A DNA stretch of 64,000 bases from Octopus vulgaris (GCA_951406725.2 OX597832.1:26412001-26476000), one strand, 5' to 3'; positions 40,092 through 53,202 are shown, counted from the first letter of the stretch. Numbers and translations are program-made. Notes: a model not told the origin generated them from the letters alone.

Positions 40092-41036
40092 TGTATGTGT
40101 GTAAATTTTATGTTATGCAACACTACCAAAATATGAGGGAAGAAATAAATTCTCTATTTAACCGTTTTGCAAGTAATGCCATTATTATTCAAATTGTAAT
40201 TCCATTATGCCATTAACAATTATCTTTGTATTGAAATATAAAAAAAATATCATCATCATCATTTCAATATTTAACTTTCCCATAATGCAACACATGGAAG
40301 CAAAAATGAAACAGTTGCACAATTCAAAGAAAAAAATCAAACAAAACAACAGAAAAATCAGCAAAAAAACAAACAAATCAATCACTTCACTCAGGTAGAA
40401 ATATTTAACGAACAAACGCAAACACATCAAAGACAAAAAAAGGATAATTTAAATAAATAAGTAATTAAATTGATTAACAAACAAAAAAAAGACACAAATC
40501 ACTTTCAAAAGCGAAACAAACAAAAAAATCATACTATTTTAAAAAGACAAAAAAAAAACACAGCAATGGAAATATATATATAAAAAAAAATAATAATAAT
40601 ATCAAACAAAAAATAGTATGAAACAATGCAAAAAAAAAAAAAAGCACAAGGTGATTGAATATCGGCGGAAGATGATGGAATCAAATCAGCTTGCATAGAC
40701 AAAGAGCAGGTATAGTTACCCATGGAGCCCCAGTTAAACTCTGGCTGCAATTTCGTCTGCAACTCTGTGAAACAATCAATCAGAGCTCACGTGTTTTCAA
40801 ACAAGACAATAGAATAAACGAGAGAAGATAGACGTTTGAACAACAATAAAGGTGTGTCTGTGTGCACGTGCATGTATATGCGCATATATACATGTGTGTG
40901 TGTTATATTATATATAAAAGAATAAAAGAATATATATATGTGTGTGTGTGTAATAATAATATGAGGGAATATTATTCCAAACTTACAGGGAAAAATTCAA
41001 TTTAGAAATACTAAATCAAATTTCACAAAATATGAT

Positions 41037-41098
<62 letters not shown>

Positions 41099-41102
<4 letters not shown>

Positions 41103-41430
41103 TAGAAAAAAACACCTTTTATCAATTCAATAATGAAAAATTAAATTATACCATCTAGAAAAATTACCTTTTATAGAAAGATTAAATATAAGATAAAACA
41201 TATAACAATGATTAACAATGCAAAATAATAAATAAAACGTATATATATAAATAAAACGTGTATATATATATATATATATATATGTTTAATTTATTATTTT
41301 GCACATTACTTAATCATCGTTATATGTTTTATCTTATATTTAATCTTTCTATAATATGTAATTTTCTAGATGGTATAATTTAATTTTTCATTATTGAATT
41401 GATAAAGAGTGGCTTTTTTTCTAATTTATA
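41099..41430. repeat. AT-rich inverted repeat, arms about 140 bp around a (TA)n spacer
   Basis: aattagaaaaaa...ccatctagaaaa...gcaaaataataaat (41099-41240) is reverse-complemented at 41284-41430. Confidence 0.85.
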
Positions 41431-41651
41431 TATGTATATTGTTGCCCACATGATATTAAATAAATACAAACACACACACACACTGGCTAGTAAGCCAAAA
41501 CTTGGAAGTCACTATCAACCCGCTCGTTCTGAAAGTCTAACATGTACACTATAAAAAAAATATTGAATACTTCTTCACTTTAATGTTACATTGTTTATAA
41601 CACACACACATATACATGCATATGTAAGTGAATGTGTGTATAGTATAATAC

Positions 41652-41709
<58 letters not shown>

Positions 41710-41864
41710 TCATGCACTTTTATTTCTTGTTTGTTCCAACAAAGCTGTGTGTGTGTGTGGTAAGACACACTCAGCAGAAGATCTTCAAAGCATTTGGGAA
41801 CCGGTATTAAGGAAGGATAGGAAAATATTTGATTTATAAGCCCTAAAAATTCACTCCATAATTG

Positions 41865-42110
41865 CCCATGAGCATATGCCGTAGTGGTTAAAAGTGCAGG
41901 CTACTAACCCCAAGATTCCGAGTTCGATTCCAGGCAGTGACCTTAATAATGATAAGAATAAGAATAATAACATTGAAAAATACCCTAGGAATGAGAACCC
42001 AGGTTCGAAATTTCCCCAAGACACCTGATGAAGGCTGGAGGGTACATAAGCCAAAACGTTGCGTTAACTACAAACAAGGTGAGGACAAATATCCATCAAA
42101 TGTAAATAAA
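41865..42110 (+). mobile_element. tRNA-derived SINE with a hammerhead-like 3' region
   Basis: A box gccgtagtggtta and B box gagttcgattcc, then an (AAT)-rich linker. Motif GACAC CTGATGA a GGCT...AGCC aAAAC GTT GCGTT at 42020-42065. Confidence 0.6.
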
Positions 42111-42507
42111 TTCAATTCTTTTGTTAATCATGTCACAAGACATTCGTCAACCTGGGTCTAATAGTACAAAAACATTTGCCCCATGTGCTGCACAATGGAA
42201 CTTTAATCCAAAACCATGTGGTTTGCAAAGCATGCTTCTTAATCCCAGAGCTACAAAATGATTTTATTTCAGCTGATAAGCTTTTTAGAACATAATATTG
42301 ATTTTTTTTTTCCCCAAAGTCCATCACATGTCGTCTAAAACCTGCAGCAAGTCACTGCTGACATATATGCTGTAAGGTTTTCAACACTGACCAATAGAAT
42401 TCAGAAGTGCAGGAATTAAATTTGCTGAAGGAGTGCAAACCCAAGGCCAAATTTTTTCTTACAAACAAGGTTGATTTTTTCAATCTTAATGCCAAAACAA
42501 ACATGGC

Positions 42508-42540
<33 letters not shown>

Positions 42541-42548
<8 letters not shown>

Positions 42549-42658
42549 CCATACAATAACCATCAGAGCATCACAACAAATCGCAGCACATACCCAAGGC
42601 ACACAGAGCTGCGCTCGGTAGTGAAGTGAAAGCACGCTATAAAAATAAAACTACTGAA
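42541..42658 (+). mobile_element. R4/Dong-like 3' UTR fragment in (TAA)n
   Basis: Matches 26975-27090 (gagctgcgctcggtagtgaagtgaaagcacg...aaaactactg). Confidence 0.85.
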
Positions 42659-42668
42659 TAATAATAAT

Positions 42669-42711
<43 letters not shown>

Positions 42712-42736
42712 CATCATCATCATCATCATCATCACT

Positions 42737-43070
42737 GAAGTCGGTGAGCTGGCAGAATCGTTAACATGCCGGAAAAAAATGCCTAACGGTATTTCGTCTG
42801 CTGTTACATTCTGAGTTCAAATTCCACCGAGGTCGACTTTGCCTTTCATCCTTTCGGGGTCGATAAATTAAATACCAGTTACACACTGGGGTCAATATAA
42901 TCGACTTAATCCGTGTGTCTGTCCTTGTTTGTCCCCTCTGTGTTTAGCCCCTTGTGGGTAGTAAAGAAATAGGTATTTCATTTGCTGTTATGTTCTGAGT
43001 TCAAATTCCACCAAGGTCGACTTTGCCTTTCATTCTTTTGGGATTGATTAAGTAAGTACCAGTTACGCAC
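42737..43070 (+). mobile_element. Family B SINE with partial tandem duplication
   Basis: The ggtatttc...gagttcaaattccacc...aagtaccagttac segment occurs twice. Confidence 0.8.
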
Positions 43071-43603
43071 TTGGCTGTCAGCTTTGTACAAAGTCAACCT
43101 TTTCATAACCGTATTCCTCATGAAATACACTGTGTGAATTTCAATTAATTTTAAAAATAATGACCATCATCATCATCATCGCTTAACATCGGTTTTCCAT
43201 GCTGGCATGGGTTAGACAGTTTGACTGAGGACTGGCAAACCAGAAGGCTGCACCAGGTTCCAATCTGATCTACCAAAGTTTCTACAGCTTGATGCCCTTC
43301 CTAATGCCAACCACTGAGAGTATAGTGGGTGCTTTTTACATCCCACTGGCACAGGGAACCAGTGGCACATAACAAATTTGGAGGAATTTAACTGGTGTAA
43401 TCACTTGTGTATCAGAAAAATTGCTTTGTGACATCTGACTGCTTACATTCTGAGTTCAAATATCACCAGAGCCAACTTTCTCTTTCATCCTTTCAGGGTC
43501 AATAAATGAGTACCAGCTGAGTACCAGGGTCAATATAATTGACTTACCCCCATCCTCTTACCCTACAAATTCCTGGTCTTGTGCCAAAATTTGAAACAGT
43601 AAT

Positions 43604-44378
43604 TAACCCTTTCGTTACTGTATTTATTTTGAGATGCTCTCTGTTTCTTTCTATTAATTTTAAATATAACAAAGAATTTAGTAAAATAACTTAGTTATCA
43701 TTAAGCCAGAGTTAGGAACATATATTGTGACTAAGGTTTGGGGGAAGATTTTAATTCAAAACTTATGAAACAAGACATTTGTACTCAGAACCAGTTTCAG
43801 CCGGGTTGGTAACAAAAGGGTTAAACAATTTGTAATAATATTTAATGGAGGATTTTTTAAACCTCAAATAGCTATAAGGGTCCACCCTAGCAAAATAGGA
43901 ATTAAAGGGGTCTATATGTAAAAACTGGTTGATGGCCACTGTTTCTGAACTAACTGACCAACTGACGGATAAACTAGCCCCTATAATCTTGTGTTAAATT
44001 ATCTCTAGTAGTTTGTTGTGGTACTAACCCTTTTGTTTCCATATTTCTGTTGAGATGCTCTGAGTTTCCTTCAATTAATTTTAAATATAACAAAGAATTT
44101 AATAAAAAACTTAGTTATCATGAAGCTAGTGTTAGGAACATAAATTGTGACTAAGGTTTGGTGGAAGATTTTAATTCAAAACTTATGAAAACAAGACATT
44201 TGTATTCAGAACCAGAGCTGGTTTCAGCCGGGTCGGTAACAAAAGGGTTAAGCTAGTGTTAGGAACATGAATTGTGATTAAGGTTTGGTGGAAGATTTCA
44301 ATTCAAAACTTATGGAAACAAAACATTTGTACTACAGAGCCAGAGCCGGTTTCAACCAGGTTGGTAACAAAAGGGTTA
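43604..44378 (-). mobile_element. Second, inverted copy of the MITE-cargo-MITE composite plus a partial tandem MITE
   Basis: 43824-44024 is the reverse complement of 25757-25953. MITEs at 43604-43823 and 44025-44250; partial copy 44250-44378. Confidence 0.85.
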
Positions 44379-45363
44379 AATGGTCACTCAGAAAAGAACA
44401 GGGTGGAAATGATTTAAACATATAAACAGTTTAAAACCTGATGATTTGTGTCAGAAAACAATTGGCTGTTTTAGGCAGAATGGCATTGAAAGAGTTTACT
44501 TGAACATGACACAATCAGGTCTATCACCGTTTCTTGTTCATTTGGTTCACACGGACATTAGTTACAGATAATTTATCTGGACAAACCAAACAAAAAGTAA
44601 TTAAGAAAAAATGCACTGAATATTGCAAATATGCCTTGATAATCCTTTAATATTATGAGATGAATTAAGTGTGTCGTCGACCAGACACGAGATTAAAGCA
44701 AGTCTGAAAAGAGATAGCAAGCTTCTGGTAGAGTTGGAAAGTAAGAGAGAAAAAGAGAGAGTTTTAAAAGTACAGCTAGTCGGCAACTGAGAGAGAGAGA
44801 GAGAGAGAGAGAAGGGGGGGGTTTATTAGTTGCCACGATTGTTCAATTGCGAGATTACAATTGTGTAAGGAGAGTATATGATTTAACAATTGTTTAAGGA
44901 GAGTATATAACAATTATTAAATTTACCAGCAACAGACACCACTTTCTCAACTAAAATTCTATTTCCATCTTTTGAATCTAAAATATTATTCTGCTGTGGT
45001 CTGATTTCATAATGGTTTCATTCATCCTCATTATTATCATCATCATCATCATCATCAAATGGTTAAAGACCCCCTTCGGTCATGAATGACCATGGGATTG
45101 CACCTGGAAAGTTCCTCTCCGAGGAACAAACTCAGGTAAGGTTGGTTATGGAAGACCAGCAGTCAGCCATGCATAACAACCTCCCCTCCACAAACACAAG
45201 CATAAAAACACACACACACATATATACAACCACATGTATACATATATAGAAATACACACACACACACATATATACATATATAGATACACACACACACATA
45301 TACAAATATACATACATATACATAAAACTCTTGTTCAGCCCCTTTAATTCCTGATATCATTTC

Positions 45364-45569
45364 TATTACTCTTTTACTTGTTTCAGTCATTTGACTGCGG
45401 CCATGCTGGAGCACCGCCTTTTAGTCGAGCAAATCGACCCCGGGACTTATTCTTTTGTAAGCCCAGTACTTATTCTATCGGTCTCTTTTGCCGAACCGCT
45501 GAGTAATGGGGACATAAACACACCAGCATCGGTTGTCAAGCAATGCTAGGGGGACAAACACACACACGC

Positions 45570-45610
<41 letters not shown>

Positions 45611-45785
45611 CATACATATATACGACGGGCTTCTTTCAGTTTCCGTCTACCAAATCCACTCACAAGGCTTTGGTCGGCCCGAGGCTATAGTAGAAGACAC
45701 TTGCCCAAGGTGCCACGCAGTGGGACTGAACCCGGAAGCATGTGGTTGGTAAACAAGCTGCTTACCACACAGCCACTCCTGCGCC
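45364..45785 (-). mobile_element. SINE family A (full length)
   Basis: Close to consensus; the head ends cacacagccactcctgcgcc on the + strand. Confidence 0.9.
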
Positions 45786-46545
45786 TATTGACATCTTGAG
45801 GCTATGACATAAAGCAGGATTAATTCAAGGTTATGTGAACAAACGAGATTGCATTCGACGGAGTAACCTGAAGGCTAATAGGCTGAACTAGATTAAACCT
45901 CAAACTACCAAGCGTTCACACAGAAATAAATAGACTTCCTACGCAGGTCTATAACGTGTATGCCTCTGTTTTGTATAATCTAAGTTTTATTGTCGGCCTG
46001 AATGGTTTATTATTGTTGGCTTTTTTCTGTGGCAACTTGCTTAAATTGTCAGAAATTGTAAAGAAAGAGAAAAGCTGTCAACAACAACAATAATAATGAT
46101 GATGATGATGATGATGATAATGTGCCAAGTCTTATAAATCATGGAAAGAGATTTTGTGAGACCTTTAACAACAGGTTGCTGTCTGCTCTCACAGAATTAA
46201 CCAGAGCAAGAAAGATCAATAGCTCTGAGAAGCAAGATTCCATCATCATCATCATCATAATCATCATCATTTAATGTCTCTTCTCCATGCTGGCATGGGT
46301 TGGATGGTTTGACTGGAGTTGGTGAACCGGATGTTTGCGCCAAGTTCCACTCTGATTTGGTATGGTTTCTACAGTCGGATGCCCTTCCTAGTGCCAACCA
46401 CTCCAGGAGTGTAATGAGTGCTCTTACATGTCACCGGCAACAACTGCAACTACAATGCATGACGGGTGTCTTTTACATGGCACTGGCAGTGACAATGACG
46501 ATTCATGGGTGCCATTTGCATGGCACCAGCGACTCACAGGTGGTG

Positions 46546-46643
<98 letters not shown>

Positions 46644-47164
46644 CATCCTAAAGAGCTGCAGGGTGGCAGAATCATTAGCATGCTGGGCAAAATACTTAGC
46701 GGTATTTTGTCTGCCATTAGGTTCTGAGTTCAAATTCCACCGAGGTCGACTTTGCCTTTCATCCTTTCAGGGTCGATTAAATAAGTACCAGTTACGCACT
46801 AGGGTCGATGTAATTGACTTAATCCGTTTGTCTGTCCTTGTTTGTCCCCTCTGTGTGTAGCCCCCTGTGGGCAATAAAGAAATAAATAATAACAATCTTT
46901 CTAATTTTGGCAGAAGGCCAGCAGTTTTTAGAAGGGGTGGTCAGTAGATTACATGGACCCTGTACCTGACTTGTACTTTATCTTAGAGTACATAGACTTG
47001 TACTCTATCAACCTTGAAAAGTTTAAACGCAAAGTCAACCTCAACAGAATTTGAACCCCAAATGTCAAGAGCCAAAAAATTGCTGCTAAGCATTTTGTCA
47101 AATATGCTAACAATTCTACCAGCCAACAGCCCTCGCGAGATTGAAACAGAGGAACACTTAATAA

Positions 47165-48156
47165 AAAATTAGAGTGTAGAATATACCTCAAGACATGACA
47201 GAGTTGGCCAATATCGACATTGGTTAATATGTTGGCATTGTAAAATCAAAACTTGACAAGTGGTATAAGCACCAGTCTGAGGCTGTAACTGAAGGACAAA
47301 ATGTAATGGTTCTTTGGGAGATACCATTACATAAAACAGAACCATCAAAACTAATAAATCAGATATTCTTTGTAAAAGACCAAAATAATAAGGTCTGTTC
47401 ATTGATCAGCATTTGTATCCCTTGTGATCTTAATATCTCAGCGAAAGAATATAAGGACTTGTTCATTGAAATCAATGGAAATTGTAGTTGTGATCTCTGT
47501 GCCAGTGGCACGTAAAAAGCACCATCCGAACGTGGCCGATGCCAGCGCCGGCTTCCGTACCGGTGGCCCGTAAAAAGCACCATCCGATCATGGCCATTTG
47601 CCAGCCTCCCCTGGCATGTAAAAAGCACCTACTACACTCACGGAGTGGTTGGCATTAAGAAGGGCATCCAGCTGTAGAAACACTGCCAGATCAAGACTGG
47701 AGACTGGTGCAGCCATCTGGTTCACCAGCCCACAGTCAAACCGTCCAACCCATGCTAGCATGGAAAGCGGATGTTAAACAATGATGATGATTGAAATCAA
47801 AATAATGTGGGGTCACAAGGTGGTTATAATAGCAGTGATTGTAGGAGCAATAGGAATGATCAAAACAGGAATTGAAAATTAGCTGAGAATGAACCCTGGT
47901 TTACTATCGCTGCTAGAAGGGCAAAGACTTGTTTTAACTAGTAGGTCATACGTATTCAGAAGAGCACTGTTGCAGAAAGAACAATGTCCTCCCATGCAAA
48001 TAGTTTCTTTTTTTCTCCGTAACTTTGCTTTTGTAAATGAACAATCTGGTGTGTTTATTTTAATGGCCTATCGATGTATAGAGCGAGTTTCTTTGCCCTA
48101 GGTGTCAGGAAGACACTTGGCAAGAAATGGAAACAAAACTTGAATAAGAAAATCTC
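47165..48156 (+). mobile_element. Older R4/Dong-like RLE fragment, split by an RTE-related insertion
   Basis: KDQNNKVCSLISICIPCDLNISAKEYKDLFIEI / IMWGHKVVIIAVIVGAIGMIK. Insert 47476-47789 is flanked by attgaaatcaa; element ends at (AAT)n. Confidence 0.7.
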
Positions 48157-48412
48157 ATAATAATAATAATAGCAACAACAATAACAACATCAACAACAGT
48201 AACAACAACAACAACAGTAATAATAGTAATAATAATAAATAATAATAGATAATAATTAATTAATAATAATAATAAATAAATAATAATAATAATTAATAAA
48301 TAATAATAATAATTAATAATAATAATAATAATTAATAATAATAATAATAATTAATAATAATAATTAATAATAATAATAATAATAATAAGTGTGAATTATA
48401 TAGACTACATAC

Positions 48413-48497
48413 TTTCACATTGTGATCTGGTCTTCTGCAAGACGAGTGTCTGTTTTTTGATGAATCTCACCAAATCTTCCCTGGAGAAGTTATCCAG
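48413..48497 (-). CDS. GCC2: GCC2 exon with conserved N-terminal motif (LDNFSREDLVRFIKKQTLVLQKTRSQCE)
   Basis: 85 nt, phase 0-1. Acceptor tttttctaatcag; donor A|gtatgt. Peptide matches the recalled vertebrate GCC185 N-terminus (LETLPKEDLIKFAKKQMMLIQKAKSRC). Confidence 0.85.
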
Positions 48498-51019
48498 CTG
48501 ATTAGAAAAACAAAAACAAACAAAAGAGACAATTTAATTTATGAATAAAACATGACACAGCAAAGAGAAGAATTAAAATTAACGACGTCAGGATTAATGG
48601 AGAATGCAGATGATAAACAAGAGTACTTCCTAAGCAACCTGAGTGATGACACAACACTATGTCATGTCGTGTGGTGACGTAAAACTTATTCAAGGTTAGA
48701 ATTAATTGCTGCTCTTTTCTCACATTTTCACATAAAAATTAAAATTTGGAACTAGTGCCAAAGCGAAAGGAAAGAAAAAAAAATTGACCCATACATGCTG
48801 TGAAGCCAAGGATGCCAAACATGTGGCCCTTTTCAAACACAAGTGCAACCTGTGAGTGGCACGGCTAAAGGTTTAAAAATGGGGTACCCAAAACATTTTT
48901 AATAATCATCATCGTCGTCATCATCATCATTTAATATTTGTTTCTGTGCTGGTGGCACGTAAAAAGCACCAACAGATCATGGCTGTTGCCAAACTCGCCT
49001 GGCACCTGTGCCAGTGGCACGTAAAAAGTACCCACTACATTCACGGAGCGGTTGGCGTTAGGAAGGGCATCCAGCTGTAGAAACACTGCCAGATCAGACT
49101 GGAGGCTGGTGCAGCCTACCGGCTTCCCAGACCCCGGTCGAACCGTCCAACCCATGCTAGCATGGAAAACGAACGTTAAACGATGATGATGATGATGTCC
49201 ATGCTGGCATGGGTTGGATGGTTTCACTGGGCTGGCACACTGGAAGGCTGCACCAGACTCCAGTCTCATTTGGCATGGTTTTTATAGCTGGATGCCCTTC
49301 CTAATGCCAACCACTCCAAGGGTGGTAATGGGTGATTTTACATGCCACTGGCACAGGTGCCATTTGCATGACACTAGTATCTGCCACAACTGCAATTTTA
49401 CTTGGCTTGATGGGTCTTCTTCTCAAGCACAACATAAAGCCAACGATTTGAGCTCCTGTGTAAAAGTCATCATCATCACCAATCATTGCCTCCGTGAGGC
49501 CCAACATTCAAAAGGTGTTTTTCATGTGCCACCAGCATCTCCAGTTTGCCTCCGTGAGGCCCAATGCTCGAAAGGTGCTTTTTACGTGCCAAAAGTATCT
49601 AATAAGTTAATTCACAAAAATAGGATTATTGACGAGCAAATAAAAGGTGTGAAAAGATTTTTTTTACTTAATAATAAAGAACTGTTTAAAATTATGCAGC
49701 CTCCAGGGCAACGTGGATGTGAGCCATGTTGGCCGACAGAGACTCTGCAGTTATCACATGGCTGCTGTAAAGAAAATGGTTGGCATTAGGAAGAGTGTCC
49801 AGCTTTAAAAGCCATGCCAAAAATATTGAAGCACAAAGCAGCATGGAATCATCATCATCATCATCATCGTTTAACGTCCACTTTCCATGCTAGCATGGGT
49901 TGGACGGTTCAACCAGGGCCTGAGAAGCCAGGAGCTGCACCAGGCTCCAGTCTGATCTAGCAGTGTTTCTACAGCTGGATGCCCTTCCTAACGCCAATCA
50001 CTCCGTGATTATAGTGGGTGTTTTTTACGTGCCACTGGCAAAAGGGCCAGAGGAGGCTGGCAAACGGCCACAATCGGTTGGTGCTATTACGTGTCACCGA
50101 CACGGACGCTAGTCAGGCGACACTGGCATCTGCCACGTTCGGGTGGTGCTTTTCTTTTAGCGTGTCACCGGCACAGGTATCTTAACTACTATTTCCATTC
50201 AATTTTCATTTGATGTTGGGGTTAACGTACTTGACTGTGGCTATTAAATGGTGGTGGTGGTGGATGACGGTGGTGATGGTAATGATGATGGTGATGATGA
50301 CTTTTACACAGGAGCTCAAATATGCTGCATTTAACATTTATATGTTTAAATTTTCAAAGAATATATTACAATGCAGTGCATCGTCTCATTAAATACGACG
50401 GTGGACGAGAGTTGACGGAAAGAAGATAGCAATGGTGTCCATGACGGAGTGGTGTCAAATCTCCTGTTGGACAAGAAACCAGTCTACTGCAGATAAGAAA
50501 GATTCTTGAACGATTTGGTACCTATGTAGAACGGTTAGGAGAACCAAGATGTATAAAATTTAGAGCAGTGCCCAAACACACACACACGAAACACTTGCAG
50601 TAGAATTGAACTTAAGATCTAGGAGTTAGCAGTCCGACACCTTATCCACTGGACCACTTTGCATCTGCACATAATCTGCTAATTATCTCTGGTAATTAAA
50701 TGGTTTTAGGCATGTATAATTGAGTCTGCAGCTTATTAAATACATCCTACAAGACATGCGACCGTTATGGACTGGTAAACCTATCAATTACAGAAGAACT
50801 AAATTATTTTGGTCCAGTCAGACAGAATATTTTATCTCGAATGGAAAACGAATTACATTAACGACCGAAATGGAATTCAATAAAGAATTTACAATTTAAA
50901 TTGGAGAAGGTAAAAAAAAACGGTAAAGAAAATCAGTAACATATAACCAAATGGCCAAAAGAATTCTTTAAAAAAACAAAAGAAAAAAACAGCCTAAATT
51001 TCCTTTTCTTTTACTCTCT

Positions 51020-51259
51020 CCCTCCCTCTCTCTGTCTCACTCACATATGCACACACTTTCCCTCTCACACACACACAGACACTCCCTCTCTCACACACAT
51101 GCATTCACTCTCTCTCTCTCTCACACCCACACACATTCAGTCCTCTCTCACAATACCACACACATTCACTCTCTCTCTCTCTCTCTCACACCCACACACA
51201 TTCAGTCCTCTCTCACAATACCACACACATTCACTCTCTCTCTCACACACACACATTCA

Positions 51260-51291
<32 letters not shown>

Positions 51292-51465
51292 TTCACTCTC
51301 TCACACACACACACACATTCACTCTCTCTCACTCACACACCTATTCACTCTCCCCCTCACACACACATTCACTCTCCCTCTCTTTCTCACACACCCCCAC
51401 ACACACACACATTCACTCTCTCTTCTCACACATCTCCACACCCACACTCTCTCTCCTCTCTCTGA
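51020..51465. repeat. (CA)/(CT) compound microsatellite
   Basis: Direct inspection; accounts for ORFs 51047..51622 and 51099..51473. Confidence 0.9.
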
Positions 51466-51496
51466 GACTTTGAAACAAACAGTCACAGCAACTTAC

Positions 51497-51553
51497 CGTA
51501 GAACCGGGACTTTTGGCAGAGTCGCTCGGCGGCGGCGTTTCAATATCTGCTTC
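51497..51553 (-). CDS. GCC2: GCC2/GCC185-like golgin, first coding exon visible in the window (EADIETPPPSDSAKSPGST)
   Basis: 57 nt, phase 0-0. Acceptor with long T tract ending ttaacag; donor ACG|gtaagt. Joins in frame to the next exon. The upstream ATG exon was not found. Confidence 0.75.
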
Positions 51554-53158
51554 CTGTTAATAAAAAAAAAAAAGGAAATTGAAATGCAAAGCAGGTTCCT
51601 CTCCATCGTTATCATTGATTAACCTCATTTATTTATTCTCCAAAAGACTACAGCTGTTGTTGCTGTTACCATTGCTTAATTTCTGTCCAGTCCTGGTCAA
51701 GCAGACCAATGGTCAGTAACATGAGTGTCCATCACATTTTCAGACATAATACAGTAGAACAGTGTTTCTCAACCCTTCTACCCTTGTGTAACCCTTAAAA
51801 TAAATAACATGTCTCAAGGAACCCCTGCACAAAAATAAAATTATAAATTAGATACCATATCTTATGTTTTTTTCATCGTAGTTCACGTGGTTAATAAAAT
51901 GTGGAGACGATGCACTGCCTGCTACAAGAACTGAACCCACAACCTTACAATAGCAAGTCCAACAGCTTAACCACTAGGTCATATGCTCTGGAAGATGGTG
52001 TTTAAGGTCAATACTGGAAAACAACAGAATTACTCCAATATGCATTTTAGTTTAACTAAAAGGTAACAGATTTGGCAGTGTGGTCAAGAAGTCTGCTTCT
52101 TAACCACATGGGTTGCAGGTTCAGCCCCACTGCATGGCACCTTGTGCTACTATAAGGTAGAGGTGAAGTTATCTTCTCGAGTCATACTGATTCATAAGGG
52201 TCAGTTTCCTGGTTTCTCTGGCCTATATATATTCCCCATCTGGACAGGACACTGGTCAGTCACAGGATAACTCGTTTTTGCTGGCTGAGTGGACTGGAGC
52301 AACTTAAAATGAAGTATTTTGCTCAAGAATACAACACATCGCCCAGTCCAAGAATTGAAACCACAATCTTGCTATCATGAGTCCAACACCCTAACCACCA
52401 AACCACATTCCTCCATTGTGCTACTATAGCCCAAGGTCAACCAACACCTTACGAATAAATTTGGTAAAGCACAAAAAAAAACCCATTGTATATACACGTG
52501 TGTGTGTGTGTGTCCGCATGTGCACATGGGTGTGTGTATGTGGAATTGTTTGTGCGTCCTTGTCTTAACATCATATAATAGTTTATAAAAGGAACGTCAC
52601 CATCACACAAGCAGCGTTCCACATTTCTGAAATAAGATTTAAAACAATAGGTGGGAGAGTCAAGGCCGGAATAACTTTGATCATAGACCTGCTCGGTCAA
52701 GGATACGAGATGGGGTTTATGTAACAATTAAATGTTTACACTGATTGTTGTCATATCTTATCAAACCCCAAGAGGAATAAATGGCTTGGCAAAGCTCAGC
52801 CTAGGTCCAAACCAGTAATTTGAGACAGCAGCCCAGTTAATGATGGTTGGAAAACATGCAATCTCATATTGTGATGTATGAAGCAAGAATATAGAACAAC
52901 TGCAATGAATATGGAAGGTCATTTGGATGAGAGGAAAAAATGTAAATCCATTAGTAATATCGGAAACCAGAACTTGGAATAAAAAAAAAAACAAAAGAAA
53001 AAACACATGATGTTGCAGTAATATAATTAATCAATCAATTAATAATCATCATCATCATCATCGTTTAACATCCAGTTTCCATGCCAGCATGGGTTGGATG
53101 GTTTGACTGAGGGCCGGTGAACCAGATGGCTGCACCAGGCTCCAGTCTTGATCTGGCA

Positions 53159-53199
<41 letters not shown>

Positions 53200-53202
<3 letters not shown>

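Noticed and set aside
50585-50670. tRNA-like sequence on the minus strand
   Set aside because: A and B boxes are present but no good cloverleaf; a degenerate SINE head. The other tRNA-like heads in the window were also treated as SINEs.
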